This document shows positions 48,721-59,152 of a DNA stretch of 64,000 bases, piece after piece (within the stretch, counting starts at the first letter, position 1; every line of letters starts with the position of its first letter). This DNA is from Chloroflexota bacterium (GTDB taxonomy: Bacteria; Chloroflexota; Anaerolineae; Anaerolineales; UBA4823). The stretch spans positions 2,770,723 through 2,834,722 of the forward strand of contig CP070764.1 of NCBI GenBank assembly GCA_020349245.1, given 5' to 3'. The notes under the pieces are model-generated. The model was not told the origin of the DNA and made no database searches. It saw only the letters and a program-made list of their open reading frames with translations. The translations under genes and the position numbers were made by a program.

Positions 48721-49191
48721 GTGCACATGCCATCTATACCGTTAAACGTCAATGGGGGAATCAACCAGATTGAAGTCAATCCCGAAATGCCCCTGCTTTG
48801 GGTGCTCCGCGACATGCTCAATTTGACCGGTACAAAATACAGCTGCGGGAAAGGACTTTGCGGTTCTTGCACTGTGCACCTGGATGGCGAAGCGGTGCGT
48901 TCCTGTATTACCCGGGTTGGCGACGTGGGTCCAAGAGCGATAACCACCATTGAAGGACTCGACCCAGCAGGCAGACATCCGCTACAGCTGGCGTGGATCT
49001 CTGCAAGGGTGCCCCAATGCGGCTACTGCCAACCAGGCCAGATCATGACCGCGGCAGCCATGCTGATTAAAAATCCTCAGCCTAGTGAGGCGGAGATCGT
49101 TGCTGCCATGTCTGGGAACCTGTGCCGCTGCGGAACATACCAGAGAATCAAGTTGGCGATTCAATCAGCAGCTGCGGAGGGAAGCAGATGA
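48721..49191 (+). CDS. (2Fe-2S)-binding small subunit of a molybdopterin oxidoreductase (IorA/aldehyde dehydrogenase small-subunit type)
   Basis: Two 2Fe-2S cysteine clusters: [11 protein letters not shown] and QCGYCQPG...CRCGTY. 156 aa. The start is GTG 48721 or ATG 48727. Confidence 0.9.
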   Translation: MHMPSIPLNVNGGINQIEVNPEMPLLWVLRDMLNLTGTKYSCGKGLCGSCTVHLDGEAVRSCITRVGDVGPRAITTIEGLDPAGRHPLQLAWISARVPQCGYCQPGQIMTAAAMLIKNPQPSEAEIVAAMSGNLCRCGTYQRIKLAIQSAAAEGSR

Positions 49192-51245
49192 TGAAGAAAT
49201 CAGCCGAATTAACTCGCCGCGAGTTTCTCAAGTCATTTGCCACCAGCGGGGCAGGTTTGTTCATCGGGGTATACCTTTCCGGTTGTGGAGAAAACCCAAC
49301 GCAATCGCCCACGCTCTTTCCCACATCCACTATCACTGTCACCCCCGTACCTACTGGCGAGCCTACCGAAACACCAAGACCAACCCCCAACCCTGAGGCT
49401 GTCCTTGCGGCAGGGATATACATTCAGGTCCTGGGAACCGGGATGGTAATTGTGTATCTCCCACGCACTGAATTAGGCCAGGGAGCGCTGACTTCTCTGG
49501 CCATGGTCGTCGCGGAGGAGCTGGATCTGCCACTCGAGAACATCCAGATCGAACACAGCCCCCTCGAACGCGCCTATGGTGAATTGCGCACTGGTGGAAG
49601 TGACAGCATCAGTTCTCACCATCGCCAGCTAAGCCAGGCAAGTGCCACAGCTCGCGCCCTGCTCCTCAGCGCTGCAGCACAAATTTGGCAGGTCCCCTAC
49701 GAGTCTTGCCGCCTGGAAAATGGAGGCGTGATCCACGACGATAGCGGGGAGGTGCTCACCTTCGCCGAGCTGGTTGAAACTGCAGCCTATATCCCGGTGG
49801 AAGAGATCGCAGATTTGGCTGAGGTCAAGGAATCTGAAGACTATAAAATCATCGGTACACCTGTTGGCCATCTGGATAACCTGGGAATTGTGGAAGGCAG
49901 CACAATTTATGCTCTTGATTTGAACCTGCCTGGTATGCTGTTCGCCACGCTTCTGCGCTGTCCGGTGTTGAGAGGCAGGGTCTCCGACTTTGATGCCAGC
50001 CAGGCTTTAGCCATTCCTGGTGTCCGACAAGTTTTCACCATCGACAGCGGGATAGCCGTGGTTGCTGACAACACCTGGGCTGCCCTGCAAGGCCAGCTTG
50101 CTGTACAAGCGACCTGGGAGGAGGGGGGAAATGCACTCCTGAATAGCTCCTCCTTGCGGGATCAATTTCAGGAAAGGTTATTAGCTGAGGCCAGCACAGG
50201 CGGCACAATTCTGGAATCCATCTATGAAGTACCATTCTTTACCCACGCGCCTCAAGAACCGATGAATTGCATAGCCGACGTACGCCCGGATCATTGTGAG
50301 GTCTGGGCACCGACTCAAAATCCCGGTGAAGCACTGTCAAGGATCCGCAGTTTCACAGGCCTTCCAGCTGAGAATATCCAGATTCACATCCCCCGGGTAG
50401 GAGGAGGCTTTGGCCGCCGCTTACAGGTCGATTACGTCTTGCAGGCAGTTCAAATTTCCGCCAAGGCTGGGGCACCGATAAAACTGATGTGGACTCGCGA
50501 AGAAGATATCCAGCAGGGATTTTTTCACCCCTTGAGTCTCCACTTCGCCAGGGCAAATTTATCCAATCCGACCATGCCGCAAATCAGCTCGAGCACTTTT
50601 CAATCCTGGGATAAACTGACCTACGCCTGGCGCTCGGTGACAAATTTTACCGATGCCTTTGTACGAGAATGCTTCCTGGATGAGATGGCAACGGCGCTCA
50701 ATCAGGACCCACTGGATTTAAGACTGGAGATTGCACCAGCTTCACTGCACGAAGTACTCCGGGTAGCGGCAAGCGCAGCTGGCTGGGGAGAACCGCTGCC
50801 AGCGGGATGGGGACGGGGGATCGCCAGCTGGTCCACCTGGGACGTGACTCCTGTTGCCCAGGTCGCGGAAGTATCTGTCTCACCTCAGGGAGAGGTGCAA
50901 GTACAGCGTGTCGTCTGTGCTATCGATTGCGGTTTGGCCCTCAATCCAGACATGGTGGCAGCCCAGATGGAAGGCGGTATCGTCTGGGGTTTAACTGCAG
51001 CACTCAAGGAAGCCATAGACATCGAAAACGGGCGAGTCTTGCAGAGCAATTTTGATAATTATCCCCTCTTGAGGATGGATGAGATGCCCAATGTGGAGGT
51101 GCACATCCTCCCCAGCAGCAGGCATCCCACCGGCGTAGGTGAGATGGGCGTTCCGCCTGCGGCTCCCGCAGTTTTTAATGCCATCTTTAACGCCACTGGC
51201 AAGCGCCTGAGGCGCTTGCCGTTCCACCCAGATGATCTTCTTTAA
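49188..51245 (+). CDS. Molybdopterin-binding large subunit (IorB / xanthine dehydrogenase family) with a Tat signal
   Basis: ATGA overlap with the upstream stop. Twin-arginine signal [17 protein letters not shown]. Aldehyde oxidase/xanthine dehydrogenase-like blocks ([21 protein letters not shown]). Confidence 0.88.
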   Translation: MMKKSAELTRREFLKSFATSGAGLFIGVYLSGCGENPTQSPTLFPTSTITVTPVPTGEPTETPRPTPNPEAVLAAGIYIQVLGTGMVIVYLPRTELGQGALTSLAMVVAEELDLPLENIQIEHSPLERAYGELRTGGSDSISSHHRQLSQASATARALLLSAAAQIWQVPYESCRLENGGVIHDDSGEVLTFAELVETAAYIPVEEIADLAEVKESEDYKIIGTPVGHLDNLGIVEGSTIYALDLNLPGMLFATLLRCPVLRGRVSDFDASQALAIPGVRQVFTIDSGIAVVADNTWAALQGQLAVQATWEEGGNALLNSSSLRDQFQERLLAEASTGGTILESIYEVPFFTHAPQEPMNCIADVRPDHCEVWAPTQNPGEALSRIRSFTGLPAENIQIHIPRVGGGFGRRLQVDYVLQAVQISAKAGAPIKLMWTREEDIQQGFFHPLSLHFARANLSNPTMPQISSSTFQSWDKLTYAWRSVTNFTDAFVRECFLDEMATALNQDPLDLRLEIAPASLHEVLRVAASAAGWGEPLPAGWGRGIASWSTWDVTPVAQVAEVSVSPQGEVQVQRVVCAIDCGLALNPDMVAAQMEGGIVWGLTAALKEAIDIENGRVLQSNFDNYPLLRMDEMPNVEVHILPSSRHPTGVGEMGVPPAAPAVFNAIFNATGKRLRRLPFHPDDLL

Positions 51246-51316
51246 GACTTCAGGAGCAGCAAATTAACGAGCTGGCATAGATAATTTTTTCAAGCCAACA
51301 ATCCCAGAAACAGAAT

Positions 51317-51344
51317 TTCATAATACAATACGGATATTCATAAT
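51317..51344 (+). repeat. Direct repeat TTCATAAT (x2, 20-nt phasing) upstream of the response regulator gene
   Basis: TTCATAAT occurs at 51317-51324 and 51337-51344. This is a possible OmpR-type binding site. Confidence 0.3.
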
Positions 51345-51384
51345 CAAAATTAATCAGTCTGGAGATAACCGAGGCGACGGGGCA

Positions 51385-52107
51385 GTGGAGATGGATAAAA
51401 AGACACACATTTTACTTGTAGATGACGAGGAAGCCATTACCAGCAACCTCGCCTCTTATCTAAACCGCTCCGGATTCGAAACTTCGGTCGCCGGGGATGG
51501 TGAGCAGGCATTAAGCCGGGTTCGTAGCAAACCTCCAGATTTAATCGTCCTAGATGTCCTGATGCCGAAAGTAGACGGGCGGGAAGTCTTGCGCCAGCTG
51601 CGCCAGGCTGGAGACTGGACACCGGTAATCCTGCTCACTCAGGTGGGGGAAGCCAGCGAACGTGCAATGGCCCTCGAAGAAGGGGCGGATGACTACCTGA
51701 ACAAGCCTTTTGACCCCCATGAGCTGATCGCGCGGATGCGGGCGGTACTGCGCCGCGCCAGGCCTGGACGACCTCCTCTCAGCGCTGCCTGGATCCTGGT
51801 AAGCGGAGAGCTGCGTTTCGACCGCCATTCCCGGCGGGCTTTCCTGCAGGATACAGAGCTCAACCTTACCCCGAAAGCGCTGCTGCTGCTCGAGTACCTG
51901 ATGACCCATCCGGATGAATTGCTCAACCGGGAACGTCTCCTCGATGTTGTCTGGGGCTGGGAATATCCCGTCGGTTCTCGAGCAGTCGATACCCGCATCG
52001 CCGAGCTGCGGCGTGAACTGGGCGATGATGCCGGGGACCCGGTTTACATCGAAACCGTTCCAAGCCTGGGATACAGATTCATTCAACCTGTGGAAGGCGC
52101 AAAATGA
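51385..52107 (+). CDS. OmpR-family response regulator
   Basis: ILLVDDEE, LIVLDVLMPKVDG, and winged helix PSLGYRF. The start is GTG 51385 or ATG 51391. Confidence 0.92.
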   Translation: MEMDKKTHILLVDDEEAITSNLASYLNRSGFETSVAGDGEQALSRVRSKPPDLIVLDVLMPKVDGREVLRQLRQAGDWTPVILLTQVGEASERAMALEEGADDYLNKPFDPHELIARMRAVLRRARPGRPPLSAAWILVSGELRFDRHSRRAFLQDTELNLTPKALLLLEYLMTHPDELLNRERLLDVVWGWEYPVGSRAVDTRIAELRRELGDDAGDPVYIETVPSLGYRFIQPVEGAK

Positions 52108-53015
52108 AGCGTATCTGGATCCTGCTGTTTCTGCCAATAGTCTTTGGCATGGTATTCAAAATTACCTTCGAACGCGGTTGGCTGGAGAACTCCATCCTTT
52201 ATCTGCGCATTGATCTGGGTACACTGGCTCTTCTATTTGGTTTTATGCTTTCCACCTTGCTGTTCATCATCTGGGGGATTTTCCTGTGGCAGGATCATCA
52301 ATTTAACCAGGAATTCCTCAATTTCCAGGCTAAAACCGCCGAAGAACACCGCCAGTTCCTGCAGCGCCTGGATCACGAGCTGAAAAATCCGCTCACCGCA
52401 ATACAGGCTGGTTTGGTGAATTTAAATGAGGATGCAAACGAACCTACTATTGAGAGCATCAAAGCACAGACGCAGCGTCTCAGCCGATTGGTCGCAGATT
52501 TGCGCAAACTGTCTGACCTGGAGACTCGCCCGATTGAGCGTTCTCCGGTCAATCTTTCCGAAGTTCTACTGGAATCTGTAGAAATAGTGGAGGATGAACC
52601 AGAAGCTGCAGAGCGTTCGATCAACTTGCGCTTACCTCAAGCACCCTGGCCGCTGCCAGATGTCCAAGGCGATGAGGATCTGCTCCTGCTTGCCATACTC
52701 AATTTGTTGGGCAACGCGGTCAAATTCTCTCAACCAGGAGCAACCGTTGAGGTACGGGCCTTTGAGGACGCAGATATGGTAATTATCGAAGTGGCGGACA
52801 CCGGACCAGGGATTCCGGAGAGTGAAGTACCATTTGTTTGGCAGGAGCTCTATCGCGGGCAGGGTGCACGGGGAGTTCCAGGCAGCGGTTTGGGCTTGGC
52901 TTTAGTGCGCGCCATCACCGAAAGACATGGGGGTCAGGTAACCATTCGCAGCCGGGTCAAGCAGGGCACCGTTGTCACGATGAAACTCCCGATCAAAGAA
53001 GTTACCAAACTGTAA
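52104..53015 (+). CDS. Sensor histidine kinase (2 TM, HisKA, HATPase_c)
   Basis: ATGA overlap with the regulator. H-box LDHELKNPLT, N-box LLGNAVKFS, G1 DTGPGI, G2 GSGLGLALV. Confidence 0.9.
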   Translation: MKRIWILLFLPIVFGMVFKITFERGWLENSILYLRIDLGTLALLFGFMLSTLLFIIWGIFLWQDHQFNQEFLNFQAKTAEEHRQFLQRLDHELKNPLTAIQAGLVNLNEDANEPTIESIKAQTQRLSRLVADLRKLSDLETRPIERSPVNLSEVLLESVEIVEDEPEAAERSINLRLPQAPWPLPDVQGDEDLLLLAILNLLGNAVKFSQPGATVEVRAFEDADMVIIEVADTGPGIPESEVPFVWQELYRGQGARGVPGSGLGLALVRAITERHGGQVTIRSRVKQGTVVTMKLPIKEVTKL

Positions 53016-53128
53016 CAGCTCTCAACAAGACCGTCACAAGACCACCTCCGATCTGAAACAAATATCCTTTATCCTGTAGTCACCTTGACCTTAACGTGTT
53101 AACGGTATTCTTGTATAAGGTGACTAAC

Positions 53129-55486
53129 ATGAGACTCAGAAAACCTGCATTTCCGATATACATCCTGTGTGTTTCCCCATTATTAATGTTACTGGCTGCC
53201 TGTGCAGCTCTTCCGGGAACATTGGAGGTAAGCCTTCAGCCTGAGTCCCAGACCAGTTCGCAAACATTATTCCTGGAAGAACTCTCGCCCGTGCTGGAGG
53301 CCATTATATTCGGCACCATGGACGAGCGCAAGGATTTAGTCAGCTATACAACTATCGCCTGCACAAACGCTGATGGCCTGGGGGGACCCCCCAAGTGCGA
53401 ACCAGGGCAGGATGAGGGAACTTTGCTAGAAGTTCTTCCCATATTAAGCGGGGAGGGAACGTTTGCAAGTCCCCAGGAAATCGATACTGCATTGGATTTC
53501 GTCGTGATGGGGTTATACAGTATCTACCGGGTCCCAGAGGATGCATTCAAGGCAGATTATTGGCCCCCTGCTGAGTATGGATTGGTGTTCACCCGGGAAA
53601 TGAACGCTGTTCCTTTTCCATTAACGGTATATGTCGATGATGGTCGCATTGTCAGCATCGTTCATCATTTCGGCACCGCACCAGAGGAATTGATCAAACA
53701 GCTTCCTCTGGAGGCGATCCTGCTACCCCCAGACAAAGCCCAAGTCTGGACGGCAGAACATACTCCCAAGGAACCTGATATTGTTGATCTTGATAACGGT
53801 ATTGTGACGGGTTCCGTATGTTTTCCAAGTGAAACTATCCCGGAGATGACATTGTATTTTCAAGAATTAACCCGCGGCGATCTATCGTACCAAAATCTTC
53901 CCCAGGGCCAATCTTCCTATTCAATTAATCTGGCACCGGGAACCTATATCGCTTTTGCTTACCCGGTCAATTCCGCAGGGGAAGTCACCGGCGGCAGTTA
54001 CTCTCAGGCTGTTCCCTGCGGTTTGGGGAATGATTGCACGGATCACACCCCAGTGGAATTCGAAGTCAAACCTGGCGCGGAAGTCAAGGAGGTCGATATT
54101 TGCGATTGGTATTCACCGGCAGACGTTCCCGCGAACCCGGAAGCCGCTCAAGGAACAGAGTCAGCCAAGCCAACCGGGAGTATCAGCGGTAGGATTTGCT
54201 ATCCAAGTGAATTCATTCCTGAAATGACGCTGTTCTTTGAAGACTTATCAACCCTTCAGATAACCGAGCTGCTCATTGCTGAAAATCAAACCGGCTACAC
54301 CATGCAGCTCTCCCCGGGAACTTATATCGCTTTTGCGTACTTGAACAGCGGAGCTCTTTTGGGTGGCTCATATTCGAGAGCAGTGCCCTGTGGATTGGGC
54401 ACAGATTGCAATGATCACTCGCTGATTGAATTCGAAGTTGTCCCTGGAAAGTCCTTGGATAATATCGACATCTGTGACTGGTACTCACAAGAAGATATAC
54501 CCCCAGATCCAAGGGCTGGGTTGTCTTCTCTTTCAGGGATGATCTACAGAACCAAGGAAGGCGTGTATTACCGGGTTGAATCGAATGGTGCTTCCCTTTA
54601 TATCTTCGATGGAGACAACCTGGCAGTTCCCTATTCAGGTCCGTATGGCGTCTATTCGAAAGAAAATGATCTCTACAAGCTAGACTTATTTACAGGTGAG
54701 GGCTACCAGCTGACAGACACCCCTGAGCTGCGAGAGACCAGCTTCCATTTTGAGGTTGGCTTACCAGAGCAATTATTGTTCAGTGCTTTACCTGCTGATG
54801 CGGAAATCTGGCCCGGTTATACCGGCGGGTTATACATAATGAATATGGATGGCACGGATCAGCGCACGATAGACAATGAAAACAACGCGGGCAATTTTGC
54901 AGCCTCCCCCGATGGCCAATTGATCGCCTACGGAGCTGGAGAAACCGCCTTTCTATACAACTGGGATACTGGTGTTGAGATTTTTAATCCCCGGGAATAC
55001 GGCATGGATAGTCCGAAAGGACAAAGTATAACCAGCCCATCCTGGTCATGGAATACAGAGCAGCTGGCTTGGGTGGTAAACGGTTTTTTCAGCGATGGTA
55101 ACACACAGGGGATCGGCATCTTCAATTTGACCGATAAGACCTTCCAGATACTTCATCCATACAAAGCACTGGGGATTGACGTAACCCCTCCCGGAGCGGT
55201 GTGGAGTCCAGATGGCGAGTGGCTGGCTTTTACAACCATCGACGAAGATCCCGCCCGTAGCGGCGTGTGGTTGATAAATCTGCTCAACCCCCAGCAGGAA
55301 TTTTTCATGGGAACATCGAGCAGCAACCCCGTGTTTGGACCCTGGAACAACGAGGGGAAAATCCTGACATATTTCAGGTTTGACGAATCACGAGGGGAGA
55401 GCAGGACCTGGATATTTGATTTAGCCAGCGGAGAACAGCAGTTGAGTCCTTTACCTGCAGAAGCGCAAGTGATCGCCTGGCGGTAA
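53129..55486 (+). CDS. Lipoprotein: unknown N-domain + 2 copies of a Cys-containing ~105-aa domain + TolB/PD40-like beta-propeller
   Basis: Lipobox LLAAC. Repeat copies lie at 53798-54112 and 54176-54484. The C-terminus has SPDG-type PD40 motifs (SPDGQLIAYG, SPDGEWLAFT). Confidence 0.75.
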   Translation: MRLRKPAFPIYILCVSPLLMLLAACAALPGTLEVSLQPESQTSSQTLFLEELSPVLEAIIFGTMDERKDLVSYTTIACTNADGLGGPPKCEPGQDEGTLLEVLPILSGEGTFASPQEIDTALDFVVMGLYSIYRVPEDAFKADYWPPAEYGLVFTREMNAVPFPLTVYVDDGRIVSIVHHFGTAPEELIKQLPLEAILLPPDKAQVWTAEHTPKEPDIVDLDNGIVTGSVCFPSETIPEMTLYFQELTRGDLSYQNLPQGQSSYSINLAPGTYIAFAYPVNSAGEVTGGSYSQAVPCGLGNDCTDHTPVEFEVKPGAEVKEVDICDWYSPADVPANPEAAQGTESAKPTGSISGRICYPSEFIPEMTLFFEDLSTLQITELLIAENQTGYTMQLSPGTYIAFAYLNSGALLGGSYSRAVPCGLGTDCNDHSLIEFEVVPGKSLDNIDICDWYSQEDIPPDPRAGLSSLSGMIYRTKEGVYYRVESNGASLYIFDGDNLAVPYSGPYGVYSKENDLYKLDLFTGEGYQLTDTPELRETSFHFEVGLPEQLLFSALPADAEIWPGYTGGLYIMNMDGTDQRTIDNENNAGNFAASPDGQLIAYGAGETAFLYNWDTGVEIFNPREYGMDSPKGQSITSPSWSWNTEQLAWVVNGFFSDGNTQGIGIFNLTDKTFQILHPYKALGIDVTPPGAVWSPDGEWLAFTTIDEDPARSGVWLINLLNPQQEFFMGTSSSNPVFGPWNNEGKILTYFRFDESRGESRTWIFDLASGEQQLSPLPAEAQVIAWR

Positions 55487-55536
55487 AACAGACCATCAGA
55501 ATATTTAATGATTATTTGACAAGGCATTCATACCCC

Positions 55537-57036
55537 ATGAAAAAAATCTGGTCTACTGCAATCATTTTATTCGGTGTATTGACCACAGCCTGTGCCCCTC
55601 TCCTGGGCACACTGGAAACTGAAAATGTTGCCAAGACCCAGGAGACGATCCACTCTCCCAGTGCAACCATCATCCAATCCAGCGAAACGGCTGTAGCGGT
55701 TGATGAAACAGGAACAATCTCCGGAAAAATATGCTTTTCAGGTGAAGTCATTCCCAGCATGATAGCCTATTTTATTAATCAGGATACAAAGGCAATAAAC
55801 CAACTGGCAATTACCGAAAACCAGACCAGCTATACCCTGCAAATTGAACCTGGAGATTATGTTGCTTTCGCTTACCGGGATGACTCACAGGGAGGCATGT
55901 ACTCGGAAGCAGTTGCTTGTGGATTGTCCGCAGAATGCACGGACCACTCCCTGCGGGTTTTCACGGTCCTTCCTGGGCAGAAAACCGAAGGCATAGACAT
56001 TTGCGACTGGTATGCCCAGGACCAGCTCCCCCCTCTCCCGGGGGAGACTTTCCAAAATGGTCCATACTTGGACATCGCTGGCTTGGTTTATAGCGACATC
56101 AACGCAGAAGAAACCTGGTGGATCGCCGCAAACGGCTTCCCGCAACGGTTATATCCTGAACGGGAGGCGAAACCATCACCGGGAGGCAGTCAGCTTCTTA
56201 TCGATCGTGAAGATGATATCTGGCTGGTGGATTTGATCAGCGGCGAAGAGATAAACCTGACCGCGGACAGCGATCGACTTGCAGGTGGTAGTCAGTGGTG
56301 GCCAGCCAATCCGGAGGTGATCGTTTTCAATTCAACGGACAGTGCGGATGGCTGGGGGATGAGTTTTGGTCAGGCCTCCATCATGCACCAGGACGGCAGC
56401 GATTTCCAGGTATTGGATGAATCTTCCTCATTATGGGCTCCCGCACCTTCACCAGATGGCAAGACTATTGCCTATGATACTGGCGTTGCAGCCTGGTTAT
56501 ATCACCTGGACACTGGTAGACAGCTTTTCGATGTCCGGGCATATGGATTGGATGCCCCTGAGGATTTTAAGATCGGCAGTCCCGCCTGGTCCCCGGATGG
56601 AAAACAGATAACCTGGTGGGTTGGCGGCTCTTTCCCTCCCAGTGGTGAATGGATAATCGCCCTTGCATTATTCGACTTGCAAACTCGAGAAGTCCAGTTC
56701 ATCCACCAATATCAACCCCTGGGAGGTTCGGGTGGCTGGAAGCCACCCGCCCAATGGAGTCCAGATGGACAATGGTTGGTCTTCACCACCCAAGGCCAGG
56801 GACGGGTACCTGAATTGATCGCCATGCGCGTCGATGGCAGCGAGGTGATTCCATTAGGCAGCGGAACTTTACCACTCTGGTCTCCGGACAGCCGCAAGCT
56901 GGTTTTTATCCGTTACGACGCCCAGGGCAGTTCTTATTTGGACAGCCAGATCCTGCTGGTTGAGCGGGATGATTGGCAGCCGGTTCCGCTCGAATTATCC
57001 CGCGGCAGCCTGCAAATACAATGGTCCGGTCAATAG
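55537..57036 (+). CDS. Lipoprotein: 1 copy of the Cys-containing domain + TolB/PD40-like beta-propeller
   Basis: Lipobox LTTAC. The domain copy lies at 55711-56013. PD40 motifs: SPDGKTIAYD, SPDGKQITWW, SPDGQWLVFT, SPDSRKLVFI. Confidence 0.75.
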   Translation: MKKIWSTAIILFGVLTTACAPLLGTLETENVAKTQETIHSPSATIIQSSETAVAVDETGTISGKICFSGEVIPSMIAYFINQDTKAINQLAITENQTSYTLQIEPGDYVAFAYRDDSQGGMYSEAVACGLSAECTDHSLRVFTVLPGQKTEGIDICDWYAQDQLPPLPGETFQNGPYLDIAGLVYSDINAEETWWIAANGFPQRLYPEREAKPSPGGSQLLIDREDDIWLVDLISGEEINLTADSDRLAGGSQWWPANPEVIVFNSTDSADGWGMSFGQASIMHQDGSDFQVLDESSSLWAPAPSPDGKTIAYDTGVAAWLYHLDTGRQLFDVRAYGLDAPEDFKIGSPAWSPDGKQITWWVGGSFPPSGEWIIALALFDLQTREVQFIHQYQPLGGSGGWKPPAQWSPDGQWLVFTTQGQGRVPELIAMRVDGSEVIPLGSGTLPLWSPDSRKLVFIRYDAQGSSYLDSQILLVERDDWQPVPLELSRGSLQIQWSGQ

Positions 57037-57148
57037 CAATGTTGCACAGCGCAAATAATCCACTGTTGCTCTCCAGCAGCTTTTTTGCCAAAGCAGGATT
57101 ATCGTGAAACGCTGAAAAAATGGAATTTTGAGTAGATGAGCGGTTATC

Positions 57149-57760
57149 ATGGATGAAAACGAGTTGATCCAATCTGCCAGAAAAGGAGACCTGGATTCCT
57201 TCAACCAGGTTATCCTAAAATACCAGGATTTGGTTTTCCAGCGTGCCTTCTGGATACTGGGTGAGGCAGAATCAGCCGATGACGCTGCCCAGGAGACATT
57301 TATCAAGGCATACCGCAACCTCTCACGATACCGCAACGGCTCTTTCCGCGCCTGGTTGCTGCGAATCGCAACCAATACCTGTTACGACGAGTTGCGCCGC
57401 AGAAAGCGCAGCCAAGATATCTCCTTTATCCAGCATGACGCGCACGGAGAGCAGATCGACCTTCTGGATTACCTTGCTGATCCGGAGTCATCCATTGAGC
57501 GGGCCATCGATGAGCTCGAACTGCAGGCAGATATCATCACCCACATCAAGGGGCTTTCATCCGAATTCAGGGAAACACTGATCCTGGTCGATATTCTCGA
57601 TTCGACTTACGAGGAGGCCGCGCAGGTACTTGGCGTTCCGATGGGGACAGTAAAGAGTCGGCTTGCCCGGGCACGCCTGCAGCTGAGAGCATTAATCGAC
57701 CCCCTTCAAGATGTGACACCACACAGCCATCTCCCAAGCTCGATCAGCATCGGCTACTAA
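57149..57760 (+). CDS. ECF-family RNA polymerase sigma-70 factor
   Basis: Region 2 (DDAAQETFIKAYRNL, WLLRIATNTCYDELRRR) and region 4 (YEEAAQVLGVPMGTVKSRLARAR). 203 aa. Confidence 0.9.
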   Translation: MDENELIQSARKGDLDSFNQVILKYQDLVFQRAFWILGEAESADDAAQETFIKAYRNLSRYRNGSFRAWLLRIATNTCYDELRRRKRSQDISFIQHDAHGEQIDLLDYLADPESSIERAIDELELQADIITHIKGLSSEFRETLILVDILDSTYEEAAQVLGVPMGTVKSRLARARLQLRALIDPLQDVTPHSHLPSSISIGY

Positions 57761-58059
57761 TAGCCAGCTACCCTTTGTATTCACAATTTTCCCGATAAAT
57801 CAGACGATGAACAAGCTGACAGAACTCTTCTGCTGGAAACTGTGCCGACGCTGTAAATCCTAAAATAACCACATTGGGGGTAGTTAATCGACAGGGGGGA
57901 AGCTGCCATTACTTGTACATCCTGATCCCAAATTCCTGTAACGAAATCATCACAACTCGTGACCTAGCTGCTACACCTTTGAAATCATCCCGCCACATTG
58001 GAAGTTTATTATCTCCATAGATGACAATGATCATTTGATCAGTAAATACGGAGGTAAAC

Positions 58060-59082
58060 ATGTTACGCAATAAAAGAAACGTCCTAATCGGTACAGCACT
58101 ATCTTTGATAATCGCCTTGATTTCACTCTTCAATATGACACCGGTGAATGTCAGCGCCAAAACAAGCCGTCTGTACGACAGCCCTACCAGGCCCAAGCTG
58201 GTGAATATCCAATCCTCGGTGAACAGCCGCACCGCTGCTACCGGATTGATCACTGGAAGACTGGCATATCCAAGCGAATATATTCCATCCTTAACTATCT
58301 TTGCCGTGCGGATTGACAATCAGCAGGGAACCTTCTACTCGACCCAAACTTCTACCAACCAAGATTCCTATGCTATCAGGGTCGACCCGGGTGTTTACCA
58401 GGTCATGGCTTACCATGGCGACTTTGCAGGAGGGTACACAAAATTTGCAACCTGCAACCTGGGTTCTGATTGCCGCGAGCACACACTTTTGCCTGTCGTC
58501 CTCGAAGCTGGAGACATCGTCAGTGATATCGACCTGCTGGATTGGTATGCACCCGTCGGGACTTTTCCACCTCGGCCAGATCATTCCTCCTTTTCCAGGA
58601 CGTCTCCGGTTTGCTCGACTTATCACACGGTGCGCTGGGGAGAAAGCCTGTTCCGGATTGGAATGCAATATAACCTGACCTGGAAACCGATAGCCGATGC
58701 AAACGAGATCTCAGATCCGGATTTGATCTATGCGGGACAGGTGCTCTGCATCCCGAAATCTACTTCCACCAGTTCCGTGAAAGACCAACCTTCCAGTATT
58801 CCGACCATTGAAATTCTCAGTGTTGTCAAGGATAAACGGGTCACCATCCAGACTGAAAACTATCCCGCCAATAAAACCTTTGTCGTGACGATGGGAAAAT
58901 ACGGCACAAAAGGCATCAATGGCTTCCAGGTCGCTGAAACGCAATCGGGTGGCGGCGGATCGTTTACCGCTACCTACTCAATCCCCAATGCCCTGCGCGG
59001 GGAAAGCCAGATCGCTATCCGGCTGCAAAGTTCCTCTGGTTATTACAGCTACAACTGGTTTTACAACAACAGCACCGAGTAA
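58060..59082 (+). CDS. Membrane-anchored/secreted protein: 1 copy of the Cys-containing domain + LysM + unknown C-terminal domain
   Basis: GGAGG RBS and an N-terminal TM/signal anchor. The domain copy lies at 58243-58548. LysM (YHTVRWGESLFRIGMQYNLTWKPIADANEISDPDLIYAGQVLCIP) lies at 58618-58755. Confidence 0.75.
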   Translation: MLRNKRNVLIGTALSLIIALISLFNMTPVNVSAKTSRLYDSPTRPKLVNIQSSVNSRTAATGLITGRLAYPSEYIPSLTIFAVRIDNQQGTFYSTQTSTNQDSYAIRVDPGVYQVMAYHGDFAGGYTKFATCNLGSDCREHTLLPVVLEAGDIVSDIDLLDWYAPVGTFPPRPDHSSFSRTSPVCSTYHTVRWGESLFRIGMQYNLTWKPIADANEISDPDLIYAGQVLCIPKSTSTSSVKDQPSSIPTIEILSVVKDKRVTIQTENYPANKTFVVTMGKYGTKGINGFQVAETQSGGGGSFTATYSIPNALRGESQIAIRLQSSSGYYSYNWFYNNSTE

Positions 59083-59116
59083 GCCAATATCACCGCAGAA
59101 AAATCCAACAATATTG

Positions 59117-59152
59117 GTCCGCTCCTTGATAACGGAGCGGACTTTCTTATTT
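59117..59152 (+). terminator. Rho-independent terminator
   Basis: gtccgctcc / ggagcggac form a 9-bp stem with an 8-nt loop, followed by tttcttattt. Confidence 0.65.

Noticed and set aside
51550-52137. 195-aa minus-strand ORF
   Set aside because: It is antisense to a clear OmpR-family response regulator and has no motifs.
57909-58319. 136-aa minus-strand ORF overlapping the start of the LysM protein gene
   Set aside because: Most of it is antisense to a gene with a clear RBS, signal anchor and conserved domain. The only non-overlapping part is about 50 codons with no recognisable features.
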